From assembly GCA_024679065.1 (NCBI GenBank), contig JAGIQG010000017.1, positions 34,162,001 to 34,226,000 of the forward strand: DNA of 64,000 nt, given 5' to 3'. The DNA comes from Sphyrna mokarran (taxonomy: Eukaryota). This document shows positions 1-13,495 of the stretch, piece by piece; position 1 is the first letter of the stretch, and each line of letters starts with the position of its first letter. The translations under genes and the position numbers were made by a program. The notes below the pieces were generated by a model. The model was given only the letters and a program-made list of their open reading frames with translations, made no database searches and was not told the DNA's origin.

Positions 1-327
1 CTGGACAGAGCAGGTATGGAGAAACAGTTTGTGTCGCAAAAGGATCAAGAATTAAAGGGCACTGATTTAAAATAATTTGCAAAAGAAACAAATGTGATGT
101 GAGAAAAGAACTTTTCACACAAGTGGTTCCGGTCTGGAATACATTGCCTAGAAGTATGGTGGAGACAGATTCAAGAGGATGTTTGATGATTACTTGATTG
201 GAAGCAATGTACATGGGTATGGGGATAAGGCTGGAGAATGGTACTAAAAAATGCTCATTTAGAATGCTGATGCAGATATGAATCATTGAATAGCCTCCTT
301 CTGCACTACAACAATTCTGTGATTCTG
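1..327 (+). mobile_element. CR1 LINE 3' end (decayed ORF2 C-terminus and 3' UTR)
   Basis: Matches the CR1 end pattern (RGH-FK...FFTQ-V-WN-LP) and ends with 'gcctccttctgcactacaacaattctgtgattctg'. Confidence 0.8.
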
Positions 328-770
328 CTTAATGACAATTTATCTAGCTCTGCCTTAAACATATTCGACCACTTTTTGGAGAAGAAAATTCCAAAGTGTC
401 TCACTCCTCTGAGAAAAATATTTGTTCCGCATCTCTCCAAAATGGATGACCCCTTATTTTGAAACAGTGACCCCAAGTTTGATTCTGCCACAAATGTCGT
501 TCCAAAACTCCTCAAGACCTTGTAAGTTTCAACCAGGTCACCTCTTACTCTTCTAAACTCCATTAGATACCAACCTAGTCTGGCCAGCCTTTCTTTATAA
601 GATAACACACCAATTCCAAATATTTAGTAAATATTTTCTGAACAGCTTCCAATTTATTTATGTCATTCCTTAAATAAGGTGACCAATACTGAATGCAGTA
701 CTCCAGATGTGGTCTCACCGATGCCCCTTGCATTCAATTCCCCTTGTAATAAACAATAACATTATATTAG
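328..770 (-). mobile_element. CR1 LINE fragment (ORF2 C-terminal region)
   Basis: ORF 306-608 reads LSYKERLARLGWYLMEFRRVRGDLVETYK, the CR1 YEERL..LGL.SLE.RRLRGDLIE.YK motif. 'gcagtactccagatgtggtctcacc' encodes VRPHLEYC on the minus strand. Confidence 0.9.
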
Positions 771-774
771 TTTG

Positions 775-1285
775 AGACATTGGCATTAGAGGCAGTTCAG
801 AGGATGTTCACTAGATTGATTCTAGAGGTGTAAGGTTTGTCTTATGAAGAGAGATGAAGCAGTTTTGGCCTATACTCTCTGAAAATTAGAAGAATCAGAA
901 CTAATTTAATTGAGATATATAAGATACTAAATGGTATTGCCAAAGTCAACTTAGAGAGGATGCTTCCACATGTGGAGAAATATAAACATGAGTTTTAGAA
1001 CACAATGTAGCAGATTTACAACAGAAATGAGTAGAAACTATTTCCCTTAAAAGATTATGAGTCTGTGGAATTCATTACCCCAGAGTGTGGAGGATATAAG
1101 GGCATTGAGTAAATTTAAGGAAGAGATAGACAGATTTTTATTTAATAAAGGGTCAAAGGATTATACAGAGTAGGCAGGAACGTGGAGCTGGGGGCCAAGA
1201 TGAGATCAACCGTTATTGTTTTGAATTGCAGGCTTAAGGGGCTGAATCGTCAACTCTTGCTCCTAGTTGTTGTGTTCTATGTTCT
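775..1285 (+). mobile_element. CR1 LINE 3' fragment
   Basis: Starts with LALEAVQRMFTRLI and ends in the CR1 3' UTR 'gggctgaatcgtcaactcttgctcctagttgttgtgttctatgttct'. Confidence 0.88.
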
Positions 1286-1870
1286 AAAAACATGCTGAGT
1301 TCACCTGAAAAGGCAGAAGCCATCGCAGCTTCTAAACTAAACCTCAAGTTTTGATTCCTTCACTTGGGGAAGAAGGCATTCGGGCCATGTGTCAGCAACA
1401 ATGCGTCACAGTTACTAATTTGAAATCACATTAAGTATTTTAAAATATTTGCTTTTAATCGTTGTATCTGTATTTTAGTTAATTTTTATCGCTTTTACAT
1501 TAGTAACTTTCACCTTTATCTTGTTTAAGATTAGAGCTTGTCTGCTGGGTTATTTTCAAGTTGAACAATACAATTTAAAAGGGGGCTTCATACACAAATT
1601 CTTATCACGGATAATTATATGTGATCATGACACACCTGTAAATGGCAGAAAATAGATAGTCGTTTTTGTTCTTTTTAATCTTTTCTGTGCAAGTTTAATG
1701 TCAGAATTAAATATTTACTCATTTTTAAATTATAATTGCTCTCATTTTTAAACTTTTTTAGTCGACCATTTATCTCCAGCTCTTTTTAAATTTTGAAATG
1801 TTCTGTTCGATCATCTATAAGTCATGCTTTTAGTCAAGCCCAGCGTTTCCCTATTTACATAAAATTTGAT

Positions 1871-1960
1871 GTTAAAGTTTATTTATTTGTGTCACAAGTA
1901 GGTTTACGTTAACACTACAATGAAATTACTGTAAAAATCTCCTAGTCGCCATACTCTGGC
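1871..1960 (-). mobile_element. 3' tail of a SINE (same tail as the SINE at 55634-55913)
   Basis: 'ttaaagtttatttatttgtgtcacaagtaggtttacgttaacactacaatgaaattactgtaaaaatctcctagtcgcc' aligns by eye with 55634-55730. Confidence 0.75.
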
Positions 1961-1964
1961 AACT

Positions 1965-3250
1965 GAAAACAATTAGAAGCAGAAGTAGGCCATTTGGCCC
2001 TTCGAGCCTGTTCCCTGCCATTCGTAATGATCGTTGCTGATCATTAAATTCAAAATTCTGATCTGCCACACCTTCCCCTGCTTCCCCCCACCCCTCCAAA
2101 CATCCTTTGACCCTTTTAGCCCTAAGAGCCATATGTACTTTCTTCATGAAATCACACAATGTTTCAGCCTCACCTATTTTTTGTGGTAGTGAATTCCAAA
2201 TATTCAGCATCCTCTGGGTGAAGAAATTTCTCCTCACCTCAGTTCTAAAGGTTTACTCCTTATCCCGAACCATCACCCCTCGTTCTGGACTTCCCCACCA
2301 AAGTGAACATTCTTTCTGAATCTACCCTGTCTAATCTGTACTCCACAAACAACCCCACATGTCCACAACTCCGCAAAAGAAAAGATTAATATGAATAAAA
2401 ATGGAAGAACCTGGGACAACAAGCCACAATATAAGGACAAGGCATTACAAAGGACAATGCCTTTGTAATTGTCCAAGGATTGGATGTTAGCTGGATGAAA
2501 AGAGGCCGAGCAAGAAGAAAAGGAGACCTGTCCCCTCTCTGTCCGACCACAAAAATCTGTTAGAATTTAAGTTTCTGAGAGATTTTCTCTCACTCTTCTG
2601 AACTCCAGGGAATATAATCCTAACTGACTTAGTTTTTCTTCATATGACAGACCTGTCAATCCAGGGGTCAGCCTGGTAAACCTTTAGTATAATCCCTCTT
2701 TAGCAAGGACATCCTTCCTCAGATAATACCAAAACTGCATACAATACTCCAGGTGTGGCATCACCAATGGCTTTACAATTGCAGCAAAACATCCCTATCC
2801 CTATACTCTCATCCTTTCTCTTTGAAGACCAACATACCATTTACTTTCTTTGCTATTTGCTGTTCCTGTGCGTTTTCTTTCAGCAACTGATGCATGAGGG
2901 CACAAGGTCTTGCCGAGTATCCATCTCTCTCAATTTGCACCTATTCAGATAATAATCTGTCTCCCTATTATTGCTACCAAAATGGATAATCTCACATTCA
3001 TCTTCATTATACTGCATCTGCCATGCAAATGCCCACACAGTCAGTCTATCAAAATCATATTGAAGAATTTCTGCATCCTTCTCACAGCTCTCCTTTGCAC
3101 CCAACTTTATATCATCTGCAAATTTGGAGATAATACTTTCAGTTCCTGCTTCCAAATCATTAATATATCAATGCGAACAATTGGAGTCCTAGTGCAGATC
3201 CCTGCGGTATCCCACTAGTATTGCCTGCTAATCAGAAAAAGACCCATTTT
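1965..3250 (-). mobile_element. 5'-truncated CR1 LINE (RT C-terminal half to 3' UTR), interrupted at 2340-2553
   Basis: ORF 2880-3155 has ISKFADDIKLG...LQYDFDRLTVWA..WQMQYN..ECEIIHFG. ORF 1926-2237 has MRRNFFTQRMLNIWNSLPQ. A CR1 3' UTR lies at about 1965-2050. Confidence 0.93.
2340..2553. mobile_element. Unidentified 214-bp insertion with 7-bp TSD inside CR1
   Basis: AATCTGT occurs at 2333-2339 and 2554-2560, and the CR1 sequence is continuous when the insert is removed. Confidence 0.65.
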
Positions 3251-3392
3251 ATGACAATATTTAGCTTCTTCTTATAGATTTTAAGTGGATATGTGTATTT
3301 TTTAATTTTTAAACTCAGATGTGTGAAACTTTTTATTGTTTCTTGACGTGTTTTCTGCACTTTTGTATTAATTTGTTTATGTTGTTCAAGGC

Positions 3393-3555
3393 AAATCTTT
3401 AAGTGGCATCTAGACAAGTACAGTTATAGGATGGGAATAGAGGAATATTGTCCCTGGAATGGTTAGGGGGTTTTAGTTCAGATGGGCAGCATGATTTGGA
3501 GCAAGCTTGGAGGGTCTAAGAACCTGTCCCTTTGCTGTAATTTTCTTTGCTCTTA
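3393..3555 (+). mobile_element. CR1 3' terminal fragment
   Basis: Very similar to 61435-61594 (ctagacaagtac...gggaatagagg...cctgt...gctgtaattttctttg). Confidence 0.82.
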
Positions 3556-3559
3556 GCTA

Positions 3560-3970
3560 ATTGAGGTGTCAGCACAATTCAATTCATATTTCCATGTCAG
3601 ATGATTGCGAGTTTAAGTCCCACCAAAGGGATTGAGGGGATAACTTACACTGACATTTCTGACATAGTTGAATGTGCTGTCTTGAACGAAACATTAACTT
3701 GAACCCCCCATCTGACTATTCAAATAGTTCTGGTAAAAATTGAAGTTCCCATGACACAGTTGAGAGAAGAACAGGGAGATCTCTGTGTCCTGACCAACTT
3801 CTCCTTTCAAGTAATAATGCTTGCAAAAAGATTGAACAACAATTCATTCCATGGCATGTCGTGGAAGGATGAGTGATGGAGAATGATTACTATTTTTGCC
3901 TTCTTAACAGTCACTGCCCTCTGAGCAATATTTCACAATACAAGATGCTTGAGATGTGAAAGGTGTTATT
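3560..3970 (+). mobile_element. Decayed Deu-domain SINE (SacSINE1/AmnSINE-like)
   Basis: tRNA-like head remnant, Deu core 'cccatgacacagttgagagaagaacagggagatctctgtgtcctgaccaac' and tail 'gtgaaaggtgttat'. Confidence 0.65.
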
Positions 3971-6892
3971 GGGTGGAGCTTAGCTGGAGTGTGAGGTGAT
4001 CACTGAGATGAAGGAAGTATTTTAAATCTTATTGTAGTTTATTGTTTGTTGTGAATGAGAACTGGGCATCTGTGCTATCAGAAATTTATTGCTACTCAAA
4101 AGTAGCTAAACTCATGATTGTGTTCATGAACTTCTGTACATAAGGGAGATAAAAACAATTGGATTATGCTGCAGAATTCAACATAACTCCCATACAATAT
4201 CCATGTTGTTCAACTGGGTAGCTAAGGCAGATAAATCACTTTTCTAACATTCAACAGTGATCAGTATGATGGCTTGTGATTCCATTATGTTCTTGGATTC
4301 AAACAACTTTGTGATTCTTTGGATTTATTTTTATGCCTGATATGAATTAATACATAATTGAACAGTTCTTCCTTCGAACTTGGTGCTTGTATGCCATCAA
4401 GAAATTACCTAGTTATGTCATCACTACAGGGACTGAATGTTTCACCGTCTGCTTTGTGCTTTCAAATTCAGTTGATCAGACCTCCTTTTAGTCATAAACA
4501 TATGAATTTCACAGCACAGCAGAAATCGCTGCAGCAATATTGAAGTGGAATACTCACAATATGCTTGGCCATTTATATTAGCATAAAAATGTGACATTTG
4601 TTGTAAAAGAAATTGCTGAGCCATCTGCATATAAAAGGTTTGAAGTTTAAAAATATAAAAGGCCCTGTAGTGTGAGGAAAAATGCCGCAGATGCATATGC
4701 TTTTTCAAAGTCATGTAACAGGCAGATACCTGGTAAGTTGTGCGCTTCTGTACAAAACATCAAGTCATAAATCATAATATTCTCACCAATAAATCTTGTA
4801 CAACCTTTTTTATCCTCATTTATTATTAATGACAAGTAGGACTTAATATTTTATTTTTTGCTAACCATGGATATTCCATTTTTATGCATAGAATTTAATA
4901 TAATCAAATATCTATATTTTTTCTCTGGGTTCAGACATTACTTTTGTATAAAAGTGTTGATGGCAATTAGTTTGCAGTCTTTTCTGTGTATCAGCTGGAA
5001 TCTGATATATTCTCTGAAAAAGACTTTATAAATATATTTTTGGAACTATTAGGTAGTTTCAGATGTTTTAACATAAGGTTGCTTGACTAGAGTGTAAGTT
5101 TATAGATGCTCCACTTTGAACACTTCTTATTTGAATGCTTTGGTGCATGATAATTAACTGTAAGTCAGTGCTGTCTGTAATCTGGCGTTCATAATGGAAT
5201 TCAGCTGTTGCATGTGCTTTTGTGGTTTGCTTGATGCATTGGGAAAACAGAAAAAAGCTGCAACGGGAAGTGCAGGAATATAATCAAGGCAAGTAGGAGG
5301 CAAATAGGCGAGACAGATGAAGGAACTAGGAAGAAAAGCAAAAGGTTAAGTTATGAATTACAAATTAAGAAATGCACAACAAAGAAGTAGCTGTCAAAAG
5401 AAAGCATGAGTAAGAAAAAATGAGAAGGAGAGCATAAGGGAAAAATGTAGAAAGCGCAGAGTTGAACGAAAAATATTGGGGCGGAAGCTTAAGCCAGAAT
5501 GAAAATACAGGAAAAAGTTAAATTGTTTTGTTTTATTTTCTTCTGAGGTATCATTGCTTTGCAAAACTTAAATTAATTGTTTCTGATCAATGAGTGGCTT
5601 CAGGTCTTTATGATATCAGTATTTTTGTGGTTATTGTTAGTAAAACTTGGATCCTCACTGGCTGTTTTGTGATCACAGCATGGGTGCCCTGTTCATGTCA
5701 CACACTCAGCAAGGCTACTCAAAGTAGCTTGTGGTGAAAATCCACATCTCTGTGGTTGCAAAATACAAATATTATTCAAAATTGCTTTTCTTGTGTCAGC
5801 TTTGCTTGTAACTGTTACTCTACACAACTGTTTGTAAGTATTTTCATGGAAAGTATGTGCCTCCAGAATACTCTGAGTTTTGGTGGTGGGGGTGGGGAAC
5901 GCGGTGGTGGAGGATCAATGTATTGTTCCATCAAAAGTTTTCTCCTTGAATGAGTTCTAAAAGATGACAAACAGAACAAATCTCAGCAGATATTATGGGG
6001 GTGGGATGCAAGGGTGGAATTAGAACAAGACGTGATGGAAACCGACTGATCATACTGGCAGTAATGCTAGAAAGCAGATGTGTTCTAATAGGATCCCCAT
6101 AGTTTACATCACAAAGTGTGCCTACCTCACTGCTTGACTGATAGAATGGAGGATATGCAAAGTCCAGTGGAGTGAAATATTTTGAAAAAGCGCTATCCAC
6201 AGCTCCAGATGCTTACTTTATATTTGCAGTCCCTGTCCTGTTTTTTCCTCCCCCTTTAAAATGTTTTTTCTTCTTGATAGTCTTGCCATGCTCTAGTAGA
6301 GGGGAAACAGTGGTCACGGTTGCAGTCTTCTCCATTGTGTATTTGTCAATACTTTCTCTTGATAAACCAGCAGGAGGTGTAATTCAAGCATTGCAAGCTG
6401 GTACATATCAGTTTTTTCTCACCAGGATGGAACAGCTCCCTCCACTTGGTACTGCAACCTGCAGCCTGGCCAAGACCTGACAAAACTCACCCAACCAAGG
6501 CAAGGAAATTGGACAGACAGGCAGTTGTGTAATTTAGGATTTCAAACCTCTTGCTGGGAGTTAAGCGTTCAACCACTTGAACCTCAACCCTCTGTAATTT
6601 AAGAAATTCTCTAGATGTATGGTAGGTAATTCAATCATGCACAATTTGCAGTAAATTTCACAGTATAGTGCGAATGTGAAAATAATTTTAACAGTAACCC
6701 TTTAAAGACTGCAACAGCCTCCATTCTAAAAAGAAGACACTGAGTTCTGGGAAAAGTTACTACTGCACAAGTCAAATCCCAGGATAAGATATGTGGACAA
6801 ATAGTCACAGGACAACTGATGAACTTTCAATAAAAGAGGAAAATATTTACCAGATGAAAAATGACTGACCAAAATGCCTACTGTGTCACTGT

Positions 6893-7215
6893 GGGCAGTA
6901 CGGTGGAACAGTTGTTAGCACTTCTGTCTCTCTGCACGAGGAACCCGGTTTCGATTCCTGGCTTGGGTCACTGTCTGTATAGAGTTTGTACATTCTCCCT
7001 GTGTTTGTATGGGTTTTGTCCGGTTTCCTCCCACACTCCAGAGATGCGCGGGTTAGGTTGATTGGCCATGATAAACTGTCCCTAGTTTCAGAGGATTAGC
7101 AGGGTAAATATGTGATGTGATGGGAATAGGGCCTGGGTAGGATTGTGCTCGGTGCAGACTTGATGGGCCAAATGGTCTCCTTCTGCACTGTAGGGATTCT
7201 ATGATGATTCAATGA
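6893..7215 (+). mobile_element. HE1-type V-SINE, near full length
   Basis: tRNA head (gggcagtacggtggaacagttgttagcac...ggtttcgattcc), V-domain 'ccggtttcctcccacactcca...gttaggttgattggccatg' and CR1-derived tail 'gatgggccaaatggtctccttctgcactgtagggattctatga'. Confidence 0.92.
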
Positions 7216-7681
7216 ACTCTTTCATTCCAGATGTGCCATTACTTTCTGTTCTTTAGGTTCTGGAATTTACTTTCTATCCCTCTACATTGTAATGTCTGTT
7301 CTAACAGTTTCTATGGAAAGCTTCTTGCTCTAGGTTGCCAGGTTCCAGACTGAAAGTCAAGTTTTTTGATTTTCAGTGCGGACCTCTGGCTGCAAAGCAA
7401 CAATTTAGTTTTTTTAAAAAAAAAACACTCCAATTACATTTACGTTGTAAAACCTTTGTCATTACAGTGCCTGCAAAGTTTAAAGTGAACTTAAATCTAC
7501 AGACTTGTAGGCACCTTTGCTTAACATGAAGTTAAACAGAAATTTTAACCCATTTTTTAGCATTTGAATACAAAAACGCAAATTCAACTTAAAATTCAAC
7601 TTAAATTTCAACATGTGGCATTATTCCTAACACATAATGCGAATATCAATTATTTTGACATCTTTATTTCCTAACACACAA

Positions 7682-7860
7682 TACAGCATAGAAAGAAGCA
7701 ATTTAGTCCATTGAATCGGAACCAGCTTATTCAAAGAGTTGATTAATTATTTCAAAAACCTTTTTTGTCTCCCTGTGCACGTCCCTGTCTATTTTCCTAA
7801 TTTGAGTATTTATCCACTTCCTTTTTTAAAGTTAGTATTGAATCTGGCCCTGACAGTTTT
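7682..7860 (-). mobile_element. Decayed CR1 3' UTR fragment
   Basis: 'acagcatagaaagaagcaatttagtccattgaatc...tatttatccacttcc' resembles a reverse-oriented CR1 end. Confidence 0.55.
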
Positions 7861-9292
7861 CAGCCAATTCAATTCACTCCACGTGCTATCAAGAAATGGC
7901 TGAAAGCACTGGATATTATAAACGCTATGGGTCCTGATGATATTCCAACAATAATACTGAGGATGTGCTCCAGAAATTACTGCATTCTCAGCCAAGCTGT
8001 TTCTACTACTGGAACACTGAGATCTAACCAGCAATGTAGAAAACTGCCCAGATTTGACCTGTCCACAAAATGAGGGATGAATCCAAACTGGCCAATTACT
8101 TGATCATCAGGAAAATGATGGAGGGAATCATCAATGATGCCAACAAACAGCATTTCTTCAACAAAAACCTGCTCATTGATGATTAGTTTGCATTCCACCA
8201 GGGCCCTCAGCTCCTGGCTTTATTACAGCCTTGGTTTAAACGTGGCAAAAGAGCTGAACTCCAGAGATGAGAGAAAGATGCCCTGTCATCAAGGTAACAT
8301 TTGACCAAATCTGGTAAAAAGGGGCCCTAACAAAACAGGAGTTAATGGGAATTGGATAAAACTCTTTGCTGGTTAGAGTCATACCTGGCACAAAAGAAGA
8401 CAGTTGTGGTTGTTGTAGGTCAGTCATTGCAGGTCCAGGACATCACTATGAGAATACCTTAGGGTAGTGTCCTAAGTCCAATAATTTTCTGCTGCTTCAT
8501 CAATGATCTCCCTACCATAACAACATAGAAGTGAGAATGTCCACTGATGACTGAACAAAGTTCAACACCATTCCTGAGTTCGTTGAAGTAATCTATGTCC
8601 AAATGCAGTAAGGCCTGGACAATATTTAGACCTGGGCTGACAAGTGGCGAGTAATGATTGCCTAGCACTTATGTTGCACAATCTCCAATCATCTCCAACA
8701 AGGGAGAATCTAACCTTTTGACCCTTAACGTTCAATGTTATTCCCATCACTGAAAATCCCACTATCAATATCTTGGGGGTTGCCATTGGCCAGGAACTGA
8801 ACTGGACTAGTCATGTAAATCCTGTGGCTACAAGAACGGGTCAGAGGCTAGGAATCCTGTGGTGAGTAACTCGCCTCCTGATTCCCCAAAGCCTGTCCAC
8901 ATACCCCAAGGCACAAAATCAGGATTGTTCTGGAACGTTGTCCACTTGCCTGAATAAGTACAGTTCGAAAAACATTCAAGAAGCTGAACACCATCTGGCC
9001 CACTTCCTTGGTACCCTCTCCTCAAAACATCACTTCTCCGCCACTGATGCACAATGGCAGCAATTTGTAGCATCTACAAATACACATCATGAACTCAGCT
9101 AGGCTCCTTAACCACCACCTTCAAAATCCACAACCATTACAAATCAAGACAAACAAGGATAGCAGACGTGTGGGAGAACCGCCACTGGGAAGTTCCTCTC
9201 CAAGGCGCTCACCAACTTGACTTGGAAATACATCACTGTAGCTTCACTGTTGCTGGGTCGAAATTCTGGAGTTCCCTGCCTGACAGCACAGC
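7861..9292 (+). mobile_element. CR1-group LINE ORF2 (RT) pseudogene, distinct subfamily
   Basis: Frameshifted translation QPIQFTPRAIKKWLKALD...MGPDDIP.IIL.MC, followed by QGSVL-P.IFCCFINDLP-like and TDD (ADD-like) RT motifs. It continues into the C-terminal 'WSSLP' region. Confidence 0.88.
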
Positions 9293-12200
9293 TGTTGTGA
9301 GTTTGAAAGATACTGTGTAAGGGGTCCAGAGATTATTTGTGGAGTGTTTGCCAAATAAGTGGGTTGCTTTGCTCTGGATGCTATTCAGCTTCTTGAGTGG
9401 TCCGTATTACGAAAGTTATTAAAAATGATTCTAAGTAAAAACATACCCTAATTTATAAATGTCTCTAATTTTATTTTTCAGGCTTTTAACTGGTAACCTC
9501 GATTTACTTTGACTATGCTGTTTCATGATTTACATAGCTCTGCCGCATCCACTTTTGACCCCACCTTCTCTTTAGATTGTAATCATTAAGATCATGGCAA
9601 ATTGCCTTTTAATAAAAATCATTATCTGCTGGTGATGATTATATTCCTGCACTGTGTACTAGCTGTTGTTGCAAATGGTATTTAAATACAACCAAATCAT
9701 CAAGAAATGTAACTTACAATGTGACGATTTCACACCACTTCAGGAAACTCTTTAGTATTATATCCTTATTGATAGGTTGGAAGCAATAAGATGGAGAGGT
9801 GGAGGTAGGAACAAGAATGAGCCACAATTTACCAGACTTCCAATCACCCTGCTATTTGCTATTTCCAATTTAATCGTCTATGTCTGCTTCAGATATTTCA
9901 TACCGGATACTATTGCAATTGAGTCCAGAATGATAGGGATCATCAGTCTCATCTATTAAATTGCACGTTTCCTATTCAACTACTTTTACTGAGATAGTAT
10001 GTTGGTTAGAGACAATTCTTCACTGCTACCAGCTGTTAAAGTGTTAGCCCTCTTTTCTGTTTCTTATTACAGCTGCTACACAGCAGTAGATAGTAATACC
10101 GGAAAATGTGCCAGACTCACTTAAAACAGCAGGAAATGTTTAAAACTTCTTTCTGTGTTCTTTCTTGCTTTTGACAGTTTTAAAATTGAACTATTTGCAA
10201 GAGTCACAATGTTCTATAAACAGAAGCTGGAAATTAAAATCCTTAAAAAATGATATGAAGCGGAAGAAATCAAATTCAGAGAAATAAATAATTTATAACA
10301 ATGTTTAATTGTCTAACCTGCAAATTATTAGTTGGATACCATAAAATCTTTGTCTGAATTTTGTCAAAATTATGGTGGCCGATCAGGTGAAACCTCAAGT
10401 CAATTCCAAACATGTCACGTGTTTTGAAAATTTCTCAAGCATGCATACAAGCCATTGTCATGTTATGTTTTACTGAGTTATAATTTGTATAAAATATACA
10501 TAATTTTGGCATATTGTAAGAACTTTCTTGAGAACCTAATACTTATCCTTAGTATAGTTAAGTAAAGAGTGATTTTTAGTTATTGAGTTTTTGGCTGAAT
10601 TCAGTTAAACTGATCCTGTTGAAAGGGTTATTTGGTTCCCCTCCCCAAAATCAATCGTACACTATAAGATTCAAATGAGTATATAACTTGATAAGAGTTT
10701 AGACAATATTGGACTATTTTAGAGTTGAGAAATTAATGTGATAAACACCTTATTGCCTATATAATGTATATGTATGGATTTTTTGTTGGTATAAAATAAA
10801 ATTACTTTGTTACAATACAGTTTGTTACACTGTGCAGTTTTCATTTAGTCATTGATATACAGCGTACCAGTAATCATCAATTTATAAAAATGATGGTGTA
10901 TCATTATATAATCCAAAGTACATGGAGAATACCAAGAACTGAAAACAATTGCCCTTGCTCTTTATAAAATAGTTCAACTGAACTCTTGTAAATCAGCCCT
11001 CATTTCAGTAATGTTTTAATAGTGCACTATTTAGCCACTCTATATTTAAAACTTAGATGTCATTTATTCTGCATTACCTGCAGATTGTAATTTTTTTAAC
11101 AGAAAATCTGTTTAAAAGCTTTTTAGTTTCTCAGCAGAGAGCAACATTTATTTATTAGATGTTGGATATTTTCTAAGATAAAAGACAGCAAGTTTATATT
11201 GTTCCTCATGTTTGAATTTGGATAATCAAAGCAGCTCCTGTAAATAATTTCACTGACAAACATTCTTTTCAGTATACCATTGCTGATCAAAGTTCTGAAT
11301 GTATATATTTCCTTCCAGTAACCAACTATACATCCTGTAATCTGTTAAAAGGGAATTAAAGTTTGAATTGTTTATGGTGGCATTCAGATATAGATAATGG
11401 TCATTTTCTTTATTTTTTTTCTCCAGCTTGTAAAAACAATTCTGTAGGGCATTGCATTTGTCACCCAATTCTGAACTACATGAGAAAGGCAATACTAGGA
11501 GGAGGCTAAGTAAAGATGTCTAAAGTCAATGAAGAATGGTATTTTGAACGGTAAATTCTGCAGGCAAAATAAGCAAAGGATATCTTTGACATTGTAAAAG
11601 TATCTCAGCAGAGATAGATGGTATCATAGGCATTAACAGGAAAGTCATAGGATGGAAGTGAATGTGTTTCTATGGAAGCTGTAAATCTGAAGATCAGGGC
11701 CACAGGGTGACACTTTATCATCTGAATCATTTGAACTCGGGCCTTAGTTATAAGGGACTGACACTTCTTAAATGGATGAAGTACTGGGTCACTGCAAGGG
11801 AAAAAAATAGGTACATATCTGAGATACACCTGAGTAGTATGTCAGCCTCAAGATTAGCAATCACATGGGTCATGTCTTTTAAAAGCATGATTTATAACAA
11901 GCGCTTTCACTTACTAAACTTAATGGTAGGTATAAAAGAAAATTATTCTTTTTGTCTTATTTACTTACAGCTTACAACAAATAATAGGCAATTTAAGCCC
12001 TTGACTTTCAGTTGTTAAATATTTAATCTATGTATCACAGTGATCTAGTTACTTATCCACCCGCCCCAACCTCTCCAAACATTCCGGATTCATTAAGTTA
12101 CCTCTTGACAAAGGAAAAACTGTAATTATTTTTTTAAATATTTTTTAACATGATGAATACTTCAGTTTTTATTTCTTGCTAAGGGTTTTTGTGTTCTGTA

Positions 12201-12714
12201 CTCACTCACTTCTATGTCCTTTAATTTCCGCCAGTGTGATTTCATGTAATCTAATGGCAATAATGAATATTTTAAACCTGAAATTTAAAAATGCAGCAAA
12301 CCAGAGAAAAATGCTATCATGCATAATGTTGCCTGAATAAAGAAAATAGCATGATTTAAAATAGTTTTTAACCAGCTCTAGTAAAATATTCAATTTGAGA
12401 ACTAATTTTTTAGAGTTTTGATTTTTTTTATTATTTTTAATACCGGTTTGGCATAAAATAGTTGGCAGGCAGTTTTCTGAGGATACTTCTACTTTGCATT
12501 CGGAGCTCTGCAGAAACAGTTTTGTAAATCATTTCTGCAGGTTGCATTAAATACCAATTTGGTTGTTCTTCCTATGGTGAAACCTTAAATTGAATTTTTT
12601 TTGATCTGTATACTGGCTTTGAAATTGCCCTAATCTGTTTACCCCCAGAAATTCATTCTGCGTTCTGGCAAGTAGATTGTATGTACATATTGATATAAAT
12701 AAATGCTCTTGTTA

Positions 12715-12980
12715 GACCATTTCAGAGGTTAATTAAGAGTCAATAATATTATTGTGGGGTCAGAGTCACATTGGGCTAGATCAGGTAAGGATGTCAGATT
12801 TTCTTCTCAAGGTCATTGACCAGATGTGTTTTTGGAACAATTGGTAGTTTCATGCCCACTATTACTAAGGCTAGCTTTATCTTCCAGATTTTTGTCAATT
12901 GAATCCCAATTTCATAAGCTATGATGGTGGGATTTGGGCACCAGAGATTACTGGGCCAGTGAGATTAACACTGTATCAAC
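12715..12980 (-). mobile_element. tRNA-derived SINE (family also at 20353-20696 and 28621-28957)
   Basis: Shared core 'caggtaaggatgtcagatttt...gaccagatg...atggtgggatttg' in reverse orientation. Confidence 0.7.
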
Positions 12981-13495
12981 ATAAGTATGATGATGTGTAC
13001 ATGATTATGTGGAGGAATTCTCAAGTTTATGTAGAAGTAGAAATTATATTGGCTTTGATCAATGAACCTTGACTAACAAAAGTGAAGCAGTGTTGTTTAA
13101 TGTGTTTCATTGGTGATGATCCGTGTTTAGTTTCATTCTTAGTTATCCGATTATAGCCAGCATGGCCCAGATCTTCCAGTTGACGGATCATTGGAAACCA
13201 CCTATACTCCAGAAAATGTAGGGATCCCCTTGGAAGTCTCAGCACACTGACTTTATAGGAATTACCTAGGAAATATGAACTTTTATTAAGCAATTCCTCT
13301 GCTTCCTGGAGCCTTCCAAGTCTGGGTTAGGTTTGAAGAATTGGACAGTTCTGACTTAATTACATGGATTGCTACCCAGGAAATGTTAAATAAATTAAAA
13401 TCTAATCTAATTCCTGCATAACCATACAATAGGACCCACATTGACTCCTTCTGACCCCATTTGACTAACCCACACCGTACTGACTCACTCTCACG

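Noticed and set aside
6893-6965. tRNA-like sequence
   Set aside because: It is a SINE head continuing into the V-domain, not a tRNA gene.
7580-7612. 12-bp tandem repeat AAATTCAACTTA
   Set aside because: Ordinary slippage duplication with no sign of function.
9482-9492. 11-nt micro-exon after 'ttttatttttcag'
   Set aside because: The donor GTAACC is weak and longer extensions hit stops in all frames.
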